32,000 nt of DNA from positions 1,260,001-1,292,000 of the forward strand of contig NC_013849.1 of assembly GCF_000025505.1 (NCBI RefSeq), given 5' to 3'. The notes under the pieces were generated by a model. The model worked only from the letters and a program-made list of their open reading frames with translations. It had not been told where the DNA came from and searched no databases. The DNA is from Ferroglobus placidus DSM 10642 (GTDB taxonomy: Archaea > Halobacteriota > Archaeoglobi > Archaeoglobales > Archaeoglobaceae). The first letter of the stretch is position 1. Each line of letters starts with the position of its first letter. Below are positions 23,076-32,000 of the stretch, piece by piece. Made by a program: the position numbers and the translations under genes.

Positions 23076-24677
23076 ATGAAAAAAGGTTTGGTTGCAGTAG
23101 CTATTCTACTGGTTTTAGCGGTCGCCTTCGCTGGCTGCGCTCAGCAAGAGAAACCAGCAGAAAAACCAAAGGCTACTGAAACTCCGGAAAAAGCAGAGGC
23201 TAAGGAGAAGAAAACGATCGTGATAGGAGTCACGGATAAAATAACGGAACTCGACCCCGCAAATGCCTACGACTTCTTCACATGGGAAGTTATGAACAAC
23301 GTGATGGGAGGTCTAATGAGGTACAAGCCCGGAACCACGGAGCTCGAAACTTACTTGGCTGAAAGCTACGAAATACAAGAAGGCGGAAAGGTTTACGTCT
23401 TCCACCTCAGGAAAGACTTGAAATTTGCCGATGGAACGCCTTGTACAGCTAAGGACTTTGAGAGGAGCATAAAGAGGGTTATGAAGATAGGCGGCGACCC
23501 TTCGTGGCTCGTAACGGACTTCGTTGAGGACGTTCAAGCTGTAGACGACTACACTCTCAAGTTCGTCCTGAAGAAGCCTGTAGCTTACTTCTTGGCTTTA
23601 ACAGCCACTCCGCCTTACTTCCCGGTGCATCCGAACTACAAACCTGATGAGATCGATCCCGATCAAACGGCTGGAGGAGTTGGACCGTACAAGATAGTCA
23701 AGTGGGTTAGAGATCAGGAGCTCGTGCTTGAAGCAAACGAGAACTTCTTCGGAGAGAAACCGAAGACCGAGAGGATAATCATCAAGTTCTACGCAGACGC
23801 AACAACGTTGAGACTTGCAATTGAGAAGGGTGAAATCGACATAGCTTGGAGAACTCTAAATCCCGTAGACCTCGAATCTCTCAAGAAGAAGAGCGGGCTT
23901 AAGGTTTACGAAGTACCGGGTGGAGCGATAAGGTATCTTGTCTTAAACGGTAACGAAACCTACGGCTATCCGACTGCCAACAAACTCGTTAGGCAGGCTA
24001 TTGCCGCTGCAATAGACAGAGAAGACATCTCGAAGAGAGTTTACCTCGGCACGTGGGCTCCCCTTTACTCACTCGTTCCCATGGGAATGTGGAGCCACAT
24101 TGACGCTTTCAAAGAGAAGTACGGAGACGGAAACATAGAGATGGCAAGGCAGCTGTTGCAACAAGCCGGATACAGCGAGGAGAACAAGTTAAAGATCGAG
24201 CTCTGGTGGACCCCCACACACTACGGCGACACGGAAAAAGACCTCGCTCAGGTTTTGAAAGAGCAGCTCGAAGCTACCGGAATGATAGAGGTTGAGTTGA
24301 AGAGTGCCGAGTGGTCAACCTACGTTGATTACGCAAGAAAGGGAGCTATGATGGCATCTCTCTTCGGCTGGTATCCAGATTACATCGATCCCGACGACTA
24401 CACGACTCCGTTCCTAAAGAGCGGAGCAAACAGGTGGCTCGGATATCCGTACAGCAACCCAGAGGTTGATGAGTTGCTCGAGAAAGCTTCGGTGGAGACG
24501 GATCAGGCTAAGAGAGCGGAGTACTATAAGGAAGTGCAGAGAATACTTGCAGAAGACGCACCCATAGTTCCTCTCGTCCAGGGGCAGCTATCCCTTGTTG
24601 CCAAGGAGAACATAGGCGGAATCACTCTTGATCCGACGATGATATTCAGGTACTACACTCTGTATTGGGAGGAGTGA
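23076..24677 (+). CDS. ABC transporter substrate-binding lipoprotein, family 5 (peptide/nickel, Dpp/Opp-type)
   Basis: 533 aa. Signal peptide with lipobox-like AFAGC, then an E/K/P/A-rich linker and an SBP_bac_5-like body (e.g. VGPYKIVKWVRDQELVLEANENFFG). Confidence 0.85.
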   Translation: MKKGLVAVAILLVLAVAFAGCAQQEKPAEKPKATETPEKAEAKEKKTIVIGVTDKITELDPANAYDFFTWEVMNNVMGGLMRYKPGTTELETYLAESYEIQEGGKVYVFHLRKDLKFADGTPCTAKDFERSIKRVMKIGGDPSWLVTDFVEDVQAVDDYTLKFVLKKPVAYFLALTATPPYFPVHPNYKPDEIDPDQTAGGVGPYKIVKWVRDQELVLEANENFFGEKPKTERIIIKFYADATTLRLAIEKGEIDIAWRTLNPVDLESLKKKSGLKVYEVPGGAIRYLVLNGNETYGYPTANKLVRQAIAAAIDREDISKRVYLGTWAPLYSLVPMGMWSHIDAFKEKYGDGNIEMARQLLQQAGYSEENKLKIELWWTPTHYGDTEKDLAQVLKEQLEATGMIEVELKSAEWSTYVDYARKGAMMASLFGWYPDYIDPDDYTTPFLKSGANRWLGYPYSNPEVDELLEKASVETDQAKRAEYYKEVQRILAEDAPIVPLVQGQLSLVAKENIGGITLDPTMIFRYYTLYWEE

Positions 24678-24738
24678 AGATTTTCCACTATTTTTTATTT
24701 ACAGAACTTTTTTAAAACGCAATAGATAGTTGGAGGCA

Positions 24739-25749
24739 ATGTCTTCTCTAAGAACGTACGTAATCACGAGGGCATTGCTTGTAATCCCAACTGTGCTAAT
24801 TTTGCTCACCGTAGTCTTCTTTATCCTCAGAATTCTTCCCGGCGACCCTATAGCGGCGATGGTTGGGCAGAAAGTTCCGCCAGAAGTTCTGGAAAAACTC
24901 AGAAAGGAAGCTGGTTTGGACAAGCCAATAGTCGTTCAGTACGTCGAATACCTCTACAACATAGCCCATGGAAACTTCGGCAAGTCTTTAATCTGGGGTA
25001 GAAGACCGGTAATAGAGGAAATAGCTGATAGATTTCCCGCAACGCTCGAACTGACTATTTTCGGTTTCACTATAAGCGTTCTTATTGGCATAGTTACAGG
25101 CTCAATAGCTGCTTTTAGAAGGGGCTCGAAAATAGATGCCTCTCTCAGACTTTACAGCGTTTTAGCTTACACTCTCTTCATCCCGTGGTTTGGTATGCTT
25201 TTGCAGATGGTTTTCGGAGTTTACCTCGGACTTTTACCTATAGGCGGCAGAATAGATGCCGGTTTAGCTCCGGAGAGAATCACCGGACTTTACGTTATCG
25301 ACAGCTTGCTGACTTTAAATTTCGACGCTTTAGTCAGCGCCCTAAGTCACCTAATTTTGCCTTCAATAACCCTTGGAATAGTCCTAAGCGGAGCTTACAC
25401 GAGAATAGTGAGAAACAACCTGATAGATGTGTTGCATCAGGACTTCATAATGGCTTACAGGGCGAGGGGAGTTAGGGAAAGGAAGGTGATATTTCACGCG
25501 ATGAAAAACGCTTTCATTCCGGTAGTAACGCTGATGGGTTTGCAGTTTGCAATTCTCTTGGCTGGAGCAGTTTTGACCGAAACGACTTTTTCATGGCCCG
25601 GGATGGGAACTTTTCTCCTCGAAAGAATTCAGTACAGAGACTACACTTCCGTTCAAGGGGCTATAGTGTTCTACGCTCTTTTCGTCGCTTTGATTAGCTT
25701 GATAGTCGATGTGATATACGCTTTGCTCGATCCGAGGGTGAGGTACTGA
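24739..25749 (+). CDS. ABC transporter permease (DppB/OppB-like)
   Basis: ATG 24739 is preceded by GGAGG; the track starts at TTG 24730. N-terminus YVITRALLVIPTVLILLTVVFFILRILPGDP, and a multi-TM BPD_transp_1 pattern. Confidence 0.85.
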   Translation: MSSLRTYVITRALLVIPTVLILLTVVFFILRILPGDPIAAMVGQKVPPEVLEKLRKEAGLDKPIVVQYVEYLYNIAHGNFGKSLIWGRRPVIEEIADRFPATLELTIFGFTISVLIGIVTGSIAAFRRGSKIDASLRLYSVLAYTLFIPWFGMLLQMVFGVYLGLLPIGGRIDAGLAPERITGLYVIDSLLTLNFDALVSALSHLILPSITLGIVLSGAYTRIVRNNLIDVLHQDFIMAYRARGVRERKVIFHAMKNAFIPVVTLMGLQFAILLAGAVLTETTFSWPGMGTFLLERIQYRDYTSVQGAIVFYALFVALISLIVDVIYALLDPRVRY

Positions 25750-26555
25750 TGAGCAACAGAATGCTTTATGCGGGACTTGCTATAATTTCCGCCGTGGTGT
25801 TCATGGCAGTCTTTGCTCCTTTCATAGCCCCCTACGATCCAACAAAATCAACTGGGGACGTTTTACAGCCGCCGAGTGCAAAGCACATAATGGGGACCGA
25901 CAACCTCGGGAGAGACATATTTTCGAGGGTTGTTTACGGTGCGAGAGTCGTGCTTATCGTTGTTTTCTCCGCATCTCTCCTTTCGATGCTTGTTGGAGTC
26001 CCTCTCGGCCTGATCTCGGGATACTACGGTGGAAAACTCGATAGAGTTCTTTCGATGATAATGGACAGTCTTTACGCTTTTCCGAGTCTAATCTTGGCTA
26101 TAGCCATAGCTGCTGTTTTAGGACCGAGCGTTTTCAACGCTATGGTTGCGATAGCTGTCGTTTACATCCCAACGTACTTCAGAATGATTCGAGGACAAAC
26201 GCTGTCGATAAAAACGAGGTTGTTCGTGGAAGCGGCAAAAGTTTCTGGAGCGAGCAACGCGAGAATTCTGAGAAAGTACATATTTCCCAACGTAGCTACG
26301 ACGGTCATCGTTGTTTTCTCTTTAAGCGTTGCTGATGCTATCATCACCGAAGCCGGTTTAAGCTTTCTCGGGTTTATAGTAACTGCACCAACTCCGGACT
26401 GGGGCTTCGATTTAAGCTCGGGCAAACCCTACCTTCCGGCTGGCTACTGGTGGATGATTACGTTTCCCGGTTTAATGGTCATGCTTCTCTCTCTCGGCTT
26501 CGCTCTGGTTGGCGAAGCTTTAAGCGAGAGATACCTTGCGAGGGAGGAGAGATGA
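25749..26555 (+). CDS. ABC transporter permease (DppC/OppC-like)
   Basis: 268 aa. HIMGTDNLGRDIFSRVVYGAR is typical of DppC/OppC. The start overlaps the upstream stop (TGATG). Confidence 0.85.
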   Translation: MSNRMLYAGLAIISAVVFMAVFAPFIAPYDPTKSTGDVLQPPSAKHIMGTDNLGRDIFSRVVYGARVVLIVVFSASLLSMLVGVPLGLISGYYGGKLDRVLSMIMDSLYAFPSLILAIAIAAVLGPSVFNAMVAIAVVYIPTYFRMIRGQTLSIKTRLFVEAAKVSGASNARILRKYIFPNVATTVIVVFSLSVADAIITEAGLSFLGFIVTAPTPDWGFDLSSGKPYLPAGYWWMITFPGLMVMLLSLGFALVGEALSERYLAREER

Positions 26556-27505
26556 TAATCGAAGTAAAAGATCTCGTCACTGAATTCAAAACGAGCAGAG
26601 GAATTTTGAAAGCGTTGGATAGAGTCAGCTTGAATGTTAATAAAGGAGAGTTCGTCGGAATCGTTGGAGAATCCGGCTGCGGGAAAAGCACCCTCGCTTA
26701 TTCGATAATGAGGTTGATCAGGAAACCCGGAAGAATAGTTTCGGGTAGCATAATTTTCGAAGGTAAGGATTTGCTGAAGTTAAGCGAGGAGGAGATGAGA
26801 AAAATCAGAGGGAAGGACATAGGGATGGTTTTTCAAGACCCTATGACGAGTCTCGATCCTTTGGAAAGGATTGGGGATCAGTTCGTTGAAATGCTGACCG
26901 AGCACGGAGTTGATGAGGAAGAGGCTGAGGAAATTGCCAAGAAATCGCTCGAAAATGTTGGCTTGCCGGCTGAGATGTTCCACAACTACCCCCATCAGCT
27001 CAGCGGTGGGCAAAGGCAGAGAGTTGTTATAGCGATGGCCGTGGCGATGAATCCGAAGCTTTTAATAGCTGACGAACCCACTACAGCTCTTGACGTCATA
27101 GTTCAGGAGAAGATTATGGATTTGCTGGAGGAGCTAAAGAAAGGAGAGAGGTCGATTTTGCTCATAACTCACGATTTCAGTCTTGCGGCTGAGAGAAGTG
27201 ACAAAATAGCTGTGATGTACGCTGGATGGATAGTAGAATATGGAGATGCGGAGAGGGTAGTTAGCGAACCGCTACATCCTTATTCTGCTGGCTTGATATC
27301 TTCGGTTCCAGATCTATGGCTTGACAGAGAAATTAAGCCCCTCCCCGGCTCTCCTCCGGACCTCGTGAACCCTCCGGAGGGATGTAGGTTTAGAGACAGG
27401 TGTCCTAAAGCGATGGAAATATGTAAGAAGGAGCCGGTCACAGTTAGTGTTGGAGACAGAATCGTGAAATGCTGGTTGTACGGTGAGGGAAATGTTGAGA
27501 GTTGA
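26552..27505 (+). CDS. ABC transporter ATP-binding protein (DppD/OppD-like)
   Basis: ATG 26552 overlaps the permease stop (ATGA); the track's longer start at 26450 lies inside the permease gene. Walker A GESGCGKST, signature LSGGQRQR, Walker B LLIADEPTTALD, and a C-terminal oligopeptide-type Cys motif. Confidence 0.85.
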   Translation: MIIEVKDLVTEFKTSRGILKALDRVSLNVNKGEFVGIVGESGCGKSTLAYSIMRLIRKPGRIVSGSIIFEGKDLLKLSEEEMRKIRGKDIGMVFQDPMTSLDPLERIGDQFVEMLTEHGVDEEEAEEIAKKSLENVGLPAEMFHNYPHQLSGGQRQRVVIAMAVAMNPKLLIADEPTTALDVIVQEKIMDLLEELKKGERSILLITHDFSLAAERSDKIAVMYAGWIVEYGDAERVVSEPLHPYSAGLISSVPDLWLDREIKPLPGSPPDLVNPPEGCRFRDRCPKAMEICKKEPVTVSVGDRIVKCWLYGEGNVES

Positions 27506-28466
27506 GAACCTCAAAAAGTACTTTCCCGTTCAGAAATCTTTCATAGAGATGCTGTTTGCGAGAAAACTTGAGTTTATTAGGGCTGTTGACGGAGTGAGTT
27601 TCGAAGTAGATAGAGGAGAGGTTCTGTGCCTTGTTGGGGAATCCGGCTGCGGGAAAACCACAACCGGAAGAATGATCGTAAAGCTTGAGGAGCCGAGCGA
27701 CGGAAAGATAATTTTCAAGGGGAGAGATATAACGCATTTGGAAGGGGAAGAGCTTAGGGAGATAAGAAGGCATATCCAGATGGTTTTTCAGGACCCTTAC
27801 GCTTCCCTCAATCCGAGAATGACGATAGGAGAGCATTTGGTCGATCCTCTTTTGATCCACGACCTCGCTACGAGGGTGGAAGCTGAGGAAATAGCTAAAG
27901 ACATGCTGAACAAGGTCGGTTTGCCAGCTGAACAGTTCTTCAACCGCTTTCCCCATCAGCTCAGCGGCGGACAGAGGCAGAGGGTTGCGATTGCAAGAGC
28001 TATGATCCTCGAACCGGAGTTCGTGGTGGCTGACGAGCCGGTTTCCCAGATAGACGTATCTTTGAGAGCGGCAATACTTGAACTTCTGCTGAGGTTTAAG
28101 AGGGAGCTGAACCAATCGATGATCTTTATAACTCACGATTTGAGCATAACGAGGGTTATTGGAGACAGAATAGCTGTAATGTACCTCGGAAAGATCGTGG
28201 AGATGGGAGAGGTTAACTCTATCGTAAAAAGACCAATGCATCCCTACACAGCAGCTTTACTCTCTGCTGTTCCTTCATTTGTGAAGAAAAAGTTGAGGAT
28301 AGACGTAATTGGAGAAATAGCCAATCCGAGGGAAATCCCGAAAGGCTGTAGGTACTCTCCGAGGTGTCCCTTCGCAAAGGATGTTTGCAGAAAAGAAGAG
28401 CCAGAACTTGAAAAAGTCGAGGATAGGTTTGTTGCCTGCCACTTTCCGTTGGACGTTGAGTTTTAA
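27483..28466 (+). CDS. ABC transporter ATP-binding protein (DppF/OppF-like)
   Basis: Walker A GESGCGKTT, LSGGQRQR, and Walker B FVVADEPVSQIDV. The start is GTG 27483 or ATG 27492. Confidence 0.85.
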   Translation: MREMLRVENLKKYFPVQKSFIEMLFARKLEFIRAVDGVSFEVDRGEVLCLVGESGCGKTTTGRMIVKLEEPSDGKIIFKGRDITHLEGEELREIRRHIQMVFQDPYASLNPRMTIGEHLVDPLLIHDLATRVEAEEIAKDMLNKVGLPAEQFFNRFPHQLSGGQRQRVAIARAMILEPEFVVADEPVSQIDVSLRAAILELLLRFKRELNQSMIFITHDLSITRVIGDRIAVMYLGKIVEMGEVNSIVKRPMHPYTAALLSAVPSFVKKKLRIDVIGEIANPREIPKGCRYSPRCPFAKDVCRKEEPELEKVEDRFVACHFPLDVEF

Positions 28467-28467
28467 G

Positions 28468-30123
28468 CTACGGGTGCGTGTATATCGCCAGAACGCTCTC
28501 TTCACTCGCCTTCTCTATTCTGCAGAACGCAAACCTCTCGAACTGGACGACCTTGTCAACCTCCTTGACGACGTTGTCCTCAACTAAACCTTCGTAATCT
28601 CTTTCCACTCCGAGAACTCTGCATTTCAAAGCCTGACTTTTGGGAAGCCAGTGAATTATGTTCCTTCCTTTCTTAGCCTCTTTAAGCTCGAAGCTTACGA
28701 ATTCGGCTTTGAAGTTCTCCCTCAAAAGTATGTTGCAGAAGTCCTTCAGCCTTACTTCCTTACCTTTAAACCTCTCGAAGTCGTCTCTCGTTAGGTAAAC
28801 TCTTCTCTCCCCTTTCAGAACTCTCTTATCTTTTTTGTTTGGATGAAGCGGAACTTCCACTTCTCTCTCTTCCAGCCCCTCTATTTCTATCTCTACTGGA
28901 TCCCAGACGAAGAAGTATCTGTTAGCTTTTTTGTCAACTATCTTTCTGTTCTCAGCGTAGAGGTTTTTCATGCTCACGCTCACGTCGTTTTCTCCAACGC
29001 CGAGGGAGATGAAGAAGTTCCTTATGGCTTCCGGCTCGAATCCCCTCCTTCTCAAAGCCTTTAGAGTCGGCAATCTCGGATCGTCCCAGCCGGTAAATTT
29101 GCCCTCTTCTATCGCCTTTTTTATGCTGCTCGTCGACAACTTTCCGAACTCGTGGATGCTCACCCTTCCCCAGAGCTTCACGACCGGATACTCCCAGCCG
29201 AAGTATTCGTAGATGTACCTCTGCCTCTTCTCCGAATCAGCCAGATCCTTTCCCCTCAGTATGTGGGTTACACCGAGCAAATGGTCTTCTATAGCAGATT
29301 CGAAGTCGAGGGTGGGGTAGACGAAGTAAGCGTCGCCAACAAGTGGGTGAGACTCGTAAATTATTCTGAAGGCGACCCAGTCCCTAACAGCCGGATCCTT
29401 GTGCTTCATATCGGTTTTTATCCTTAAAACCGCTTCTCCTTCTTTGTATTCACCTTCGAGCATCTTTCTCCAGAATTCGAGGTTGTCTTCTGCAGGAGTG
29501 TTCCTGTGGGGACACTCTTCTCCCGCGTCTTTGTATTTCTTAAACTCCTCCCTCTCGCAAAAGCAAACGTAGGCTTTTCCCATTTCTATGAGCTTTTCAG
29601 CGTATTCGTAGTAAATGGGAATTCTCTTCGAAGCGTAAACAACTTCATCCGGCTTCGCTCCGAGCCACTCGCAATCCTCTAAGTACCAGTCGTAGGCTTC
29701 GATCATCGGTCTTTTAGTTCTCGGGTCGGTGTCGTCGAAGCGAAGTATGAACTTTCCTTTGTACATTTTCGCGTACTCGTGGTTGATCACTATCCCTCTT
29801 GCCGAGCCGAGGGTTGGAGGACCGTTCGGATTTGGGGCGAAGCGCATGACTACTTTACCTTTCACGTTTTCGAGGGGAGGAAGTTTTCTCTCCTCCACTC
29901 TTTCTTCCTTCTCCTCAACGTATTTCCTGAAGAGCTCCTCCTTTTCTTCCTCACTCAAACTTTCGAACCACTCTATCGTCTTTCTTATCTCTTCGAGAAG
30001 TTCTTTAGCTTTGCTCCTCAATTCGGGATTTTCAGCAATTATCTTTCCAATTACAGCTTTTTCGTTCGCCTTTCCGTATTTAGCAGCGTTCCTAACAACG
30101 TGCTTTACAATCAGCTCTTTCAT
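28468..30123 (-). CDS. gltX: Glutamyl-tRNA synthetase (archaeal-type GluRS)
   Basis: 551 aa. Class I HIGH-like region (RFAPNPNGPPTLGSARG), the FILRFDDTDP block, and a KMSKS-like LSTSSIKK. Confidence 0.9.
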   Translation of the reverse strand: MKELIVKHVVRNAAKYGKANEKAVIGKIIAENPELRSKAKELLEEIRKTIEWFESLSEEEKEELFRKYVEEKEERVEERKLPPLENVKGKVVMRFAPNPNGPPTLGSARGIVINHEYAKMYKGKFILRFDDTDPRTKRPMIEAYDWYLEDCEWLGAKPDEVVYASKRIPIYYEYAEKLIEMGKAYVCFCEREEFKKYKDAGEECPHRNTPAEDNLEFWRKMLEGEYKEGEAVLRIKTDMKHKDPAVRDWVAFRIIYESHPLVGDAYFVYPTLDFESAIEDHLLGVTHILRGKDLADSEKRQRYIYEYFGWEYPVVKLWGRVSIHEFGKLSTSSIKKAIEEGKFTGWDDPRLPTLKALRRRGFEPEAIRNFFISLGVGENDVSVSMKNLYAENRKIVDKKANRYFFVWDPVEIEIEGLEEREVEVPLHPNKKDKRVLKGERRVYLTRDDFERFKGKEVRLKDFCNILLRENFKAEFVSFELKEAKKGRNIIHWLPKSQALKCRVLGVERDYEGLVEDNVVKEVDKVVQFERFAFCRIEKASEESVLAIYTHP

Positions 30124-31079
30124 CAGTAATCCCTCTTTACGAAGAATTCCGCAAGAGCTTCAAGCAGCTTTCTCCCTTCGTTATTCTTGAGAACTTTCAG
30201 TTCTTCTCTCGCTTTGTTCAGATATTCAAGAGCTTTATTTTCCGCGTACTCTATAGCTCCGCACTCTATGAGCTTTTTAACGTCCCTCTCAATTACTTCG
30301 ATCTCAGCCTTCCCCTTTCCGAAGCTTTCAAGCTCGACTCCCTCTTCGAAGGCTTTTATAACTATAAGCGTCTTCTTTCCCTCAACGAGGTCGCTTCCCC
30401 AATCCTTTCCGATCTTTTCCTTTCCGAGGAGGTCGAGGATGTCGTCTTTGATTTGAAAAGCGATTCCCGCGTTGATTCCGTAATTCCACAGAGCTTTTTC
30501 GTATTTCTTCTCTCCGAAAAGGATGGCTGGAATCGAGGAAGACAAAGCTATGAGAACGGAAGTCTTTTTTCTAACCATTTCCAAGTACTCCTCTTCACTA
30601 ACGAACTCCCTCTCCTCGAACTCTATGTCCATCTGCTGACCTTCGCATATTTCAACGCAGACTTCTGCAAGCTTCCTCATTCCGTTAACTAAGTTCTCGC
30701 TTTCAACCTCGCAGTAACTCATGATTTTGAAAGCCTCGGCAAAGAGCGTGTCTCCGGCTAAAATAGCTGTTGGCACTCCGTAGATGGTGTGGACGGTCTT
30801 TACTCCCCTTCTCAGCTCGTCTTCGTCCATTATGTCGTCGTGAATTAGGGTGAAGTTGTGTACGACCTCTATAGCCACCGCCGCTGGTAAAATTTTTCTG
30901 TAGTCTCTCTCTATGGCTTCGCAGGCTATTAAAGATAGAACCGGTCTTAGCCTCTTTCCTCCGGCGTTAATCAAATGTCTTGCAGCCTTGTAAAGTTTTT
31001 CGGGCTCTTTTACCGGAAGGAATTTCTTAATCTCATCGTTCACGATTTCTGCCCTCTTCTTAATCTCTTCCACTATCAT
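30123..31079 (-). CDS. idsA: Geranylgeranyl diphosphate synthase (short-chain trans-prenyltransferase)
   Basis: FARM motif HDDIMDEDELRRG and SARM motif FQIKDDILD. ATG 31079 (MIVEEIKK) is preceded by GGAGGAGG. The track's longer start overlaps the fni gene. The stop shares one base with the gltX ATG (TGATGA). Confidence 0.9.
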   Translation of the reverse strand: MIVEEIKKRAEIVNDEIKKFLPVKEPEKLYKAARHLINAGGKRLRPVLSLIACEAIERDYRKILPAAVAIEVVHNFTLIHDDIMDEDELRRGVKTVHTIYGVPTAILAGDTLFAEAFKIMSYCEVESENLVNGMRKLAEVCVEICEGQQMDIEFEEREFVSEEEYLEMVRKKTSVLIALSSSIPAILFGEKKYEKALWNYGINAGIAFQIKDDILDLLGKEKIGKDWGSDLVEGKKTLIVIKAFEEGVELESFGKGKAEIEVIERDVKKLIECGAIEYAENKALEYLNKAREELKVLKNNEGRKLLEALAEFFVKRDY

Positions 31080-31080
31080 T

Positions 31081-32000
31081 CTACCTCCTCCTTGCGAACA
31101 CCTCAACACTTATCTCTCTGAATTCGAGCCACTCTCTGAACTTTCCGGTGATGAAAAGGGGGGCTTTTCTGAGATCTTTCACGCTCTTACAGCCGGTGAG
31201 GAACATCGCTGTTTTTAAACTTTCCACGAAATACTTAACCTTCCTCTTCACCTCTTCCTCGCTAATGGTGGCTGGCTTTAAAAAGGGTAGAGCGATTCCC
31301 GCCGCTTCAGCTCCTAACGCGAGAGCTTTTGCAACGTCGATCCCGCTTCTTATCCCTCCAGTGGCTATCGTCGGCAGGATGTCGTGCACTTCGGCAACGC
31401 AGAAAGCGGTGGGAATTCCCCAGTCCCAGAAGTCTAAAGCGACTTCTCTCATAACGTCGTCCTTTATTCTGAAAACCTCTACAGCACTCCAACTCGTTCC
31501 TCCCTTCCCTCCGACGTCTATAGCTGAAACTCCCGCCTCCCTCAGCTCGAAGGCTACTTCTCTCGAAATTCCTGCTCCTGTCTCTTTAGCTATAATCGGA
31601 ACTTTCAAGCTGCACGCTTCTTCGAGAGCTTCTTTAGCTCCTTCAGCCTTTTTATCGCCCTCCGGCTGAACCGCTTCCTGCAAAAAGTTCAGGTGAATCG
31701 CTAAAGCGTCAGCGTCGATCATCTCTACAGCTTTTTCCGCATACTCTACACCGCTTTCAAGCAGCTGGGATATCCCTATATTGGCTATGACGAAAGCGTT
31801 TGGAGCCTTTTCCCTCACGATTGCGTAAGTATCTACAAGACTATCGTCCTCGATCCCAGCCCTCTGGCTTCCTACGCCGATTCCAATTTTAAATTCCTCA
31901 GCAGCTGCAGCCAAATTCTCGTTAATTCTTTTCGTCTCCGGGTGTCCACCGGTCATTCCGGCAATTATTATGGGAGCGTTAAGCTTTTTTCCGAGAAATT
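31081..32000 (-). CDS. fni: Type-2 isopentenyl-diphosphate delta-isomerase (FMN-dependent), N-terminus beyond the window
   Basis: The frame stays open upstream of the track's Met 31956 to the window edge (FLGKKLNAPIIIAGMTGG...). IDI-2 motifs are present: AMTGG-like, GVGSQR, and ETGAGIS...GGKGGTSW. Confidence 0.9.
   Translation of the reverse strand, partial: FLGKKLNAPIIIAGMTGGHPETKRINENLAAAAEEFKIGIGVGSQRAGIEDDSLVDTYAIVREKAPNAFVIANIGISQLLESGVEYAEKAVEMIDADALAIHLNFLQEAVQPEGDKKAEGAKEALEEACSLKVPIIAKETGAGISREVAFELREAGVSAIDVGGKGGTSWSAVEVFRIKDDVMREVALDFWDWGIPTAFCVAEVHDILPTIATGGIRSGIDVAKALALGAEAAGIALPFLKPATISEEEVKRKVKYFVESLKTAMFLTGCKSVKDLRKAPLFITGKFREWLEFREISVEVFARRR

Noticed and set aside
26669-26687. 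19-nt exact repeat GAATCCGGCTGCGGGAAAA, also present at 27649..27667
   Set aside because: It encodes the Walker A loop (GESGCGK) of the two paralogous ABC ATPase genes. Paralogy explains it, so it is not a mobile or regulatory repeat.
27444-28241. 265-aa ORF antisense to the second ABC ATPase gene
   Set aside because: It lies wholly inside a gene with unambiguous Walker A, signature and Walker B motifs on the + strand. Its product is S/R/L/H-rich and low-complexity, as expected of the reverse frame of a biased coding region. The same reasoning rejects 667..1242(-), 9005..9397(-), 18466..18936(+), 29729..30190(+), 29779..30129(+) and 31148..31669(+).
1-32000. Looked for a CRISPR array or cas core genes to accompany the Csx1-like gene
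   Set aside because: I could see no regularly spaced direct repeats of 24-40 bp anywhere in the window, and no Cas1/Cas2/Cas10/Cas7-like ORFs. The csx1-like gene is therefore treated as an orphan.

Overview
Archaeal chromosomal window of about 32 kb, roughly 90% coding. The gene content points to a hyperthermophilic euryarchaeon of the Archaeoglobus group: family-B DNA polymerase, Pus10, diphthine synthase, GGPP synthase with type-2 IPP isomerase, ADP-forming acetyl-CoA synthetase, tungsten-type aldehyde:ferredoxin oxidoreductase, an ISA1214-like IS, and K/E-rich proteins. That assignment is an inference from protein content, not a database hit. Most of the window is housekeeping or metabolic: a CoA-transferase cluster, Pus10, a LEA_2 lipoprotein, an MFS-CBS transporter, a DHH phosphoesterase, dphB, polB, an HDAC-like protein, an acyl-CoA synthetase, an SCP2/Fe-ADH/AOR operon, ACD alpha and beta, leuD, a 5-gene Dpp/Opp-type ABC operon, and gltX-idsA-fni. 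Several features are absent from the supplied ORF track. (1) Two textbook archaeal C/D-box sRNAs at about 3938-3992 and 13661-13715. (2) Two paralogous leaderless micro-ORFs for Cys-rich peptides of 42 and 32 aa (MKC-x2-D-x3-DC...C-x2-CPI), with a TTTAAAT box at the same spacing upstream of each. (3) A 34-aa zinc-ribbon micro-ORF whose GTG start overlaps the leuD stop. (4) A tRNA-Thr(UGU). (5) A complete 1213-bp two-ORF IS flanked by an 11-bp target-site duplication. The most accessory-looking stretch is 19.0-21.1 kb. It holds a stand-alone Csx1-type CARF-HEPN gene broken by a -1 frameshift, followed by a membrane-anchored phospholipase-C/P1-nuclease-fold protein. This stretch abuts the tRNA-Thr 3' end and lies near the IS. 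No CRISPR array or cas core genes occur in the window. I offer that pairing as a hypothesis, not an established system.
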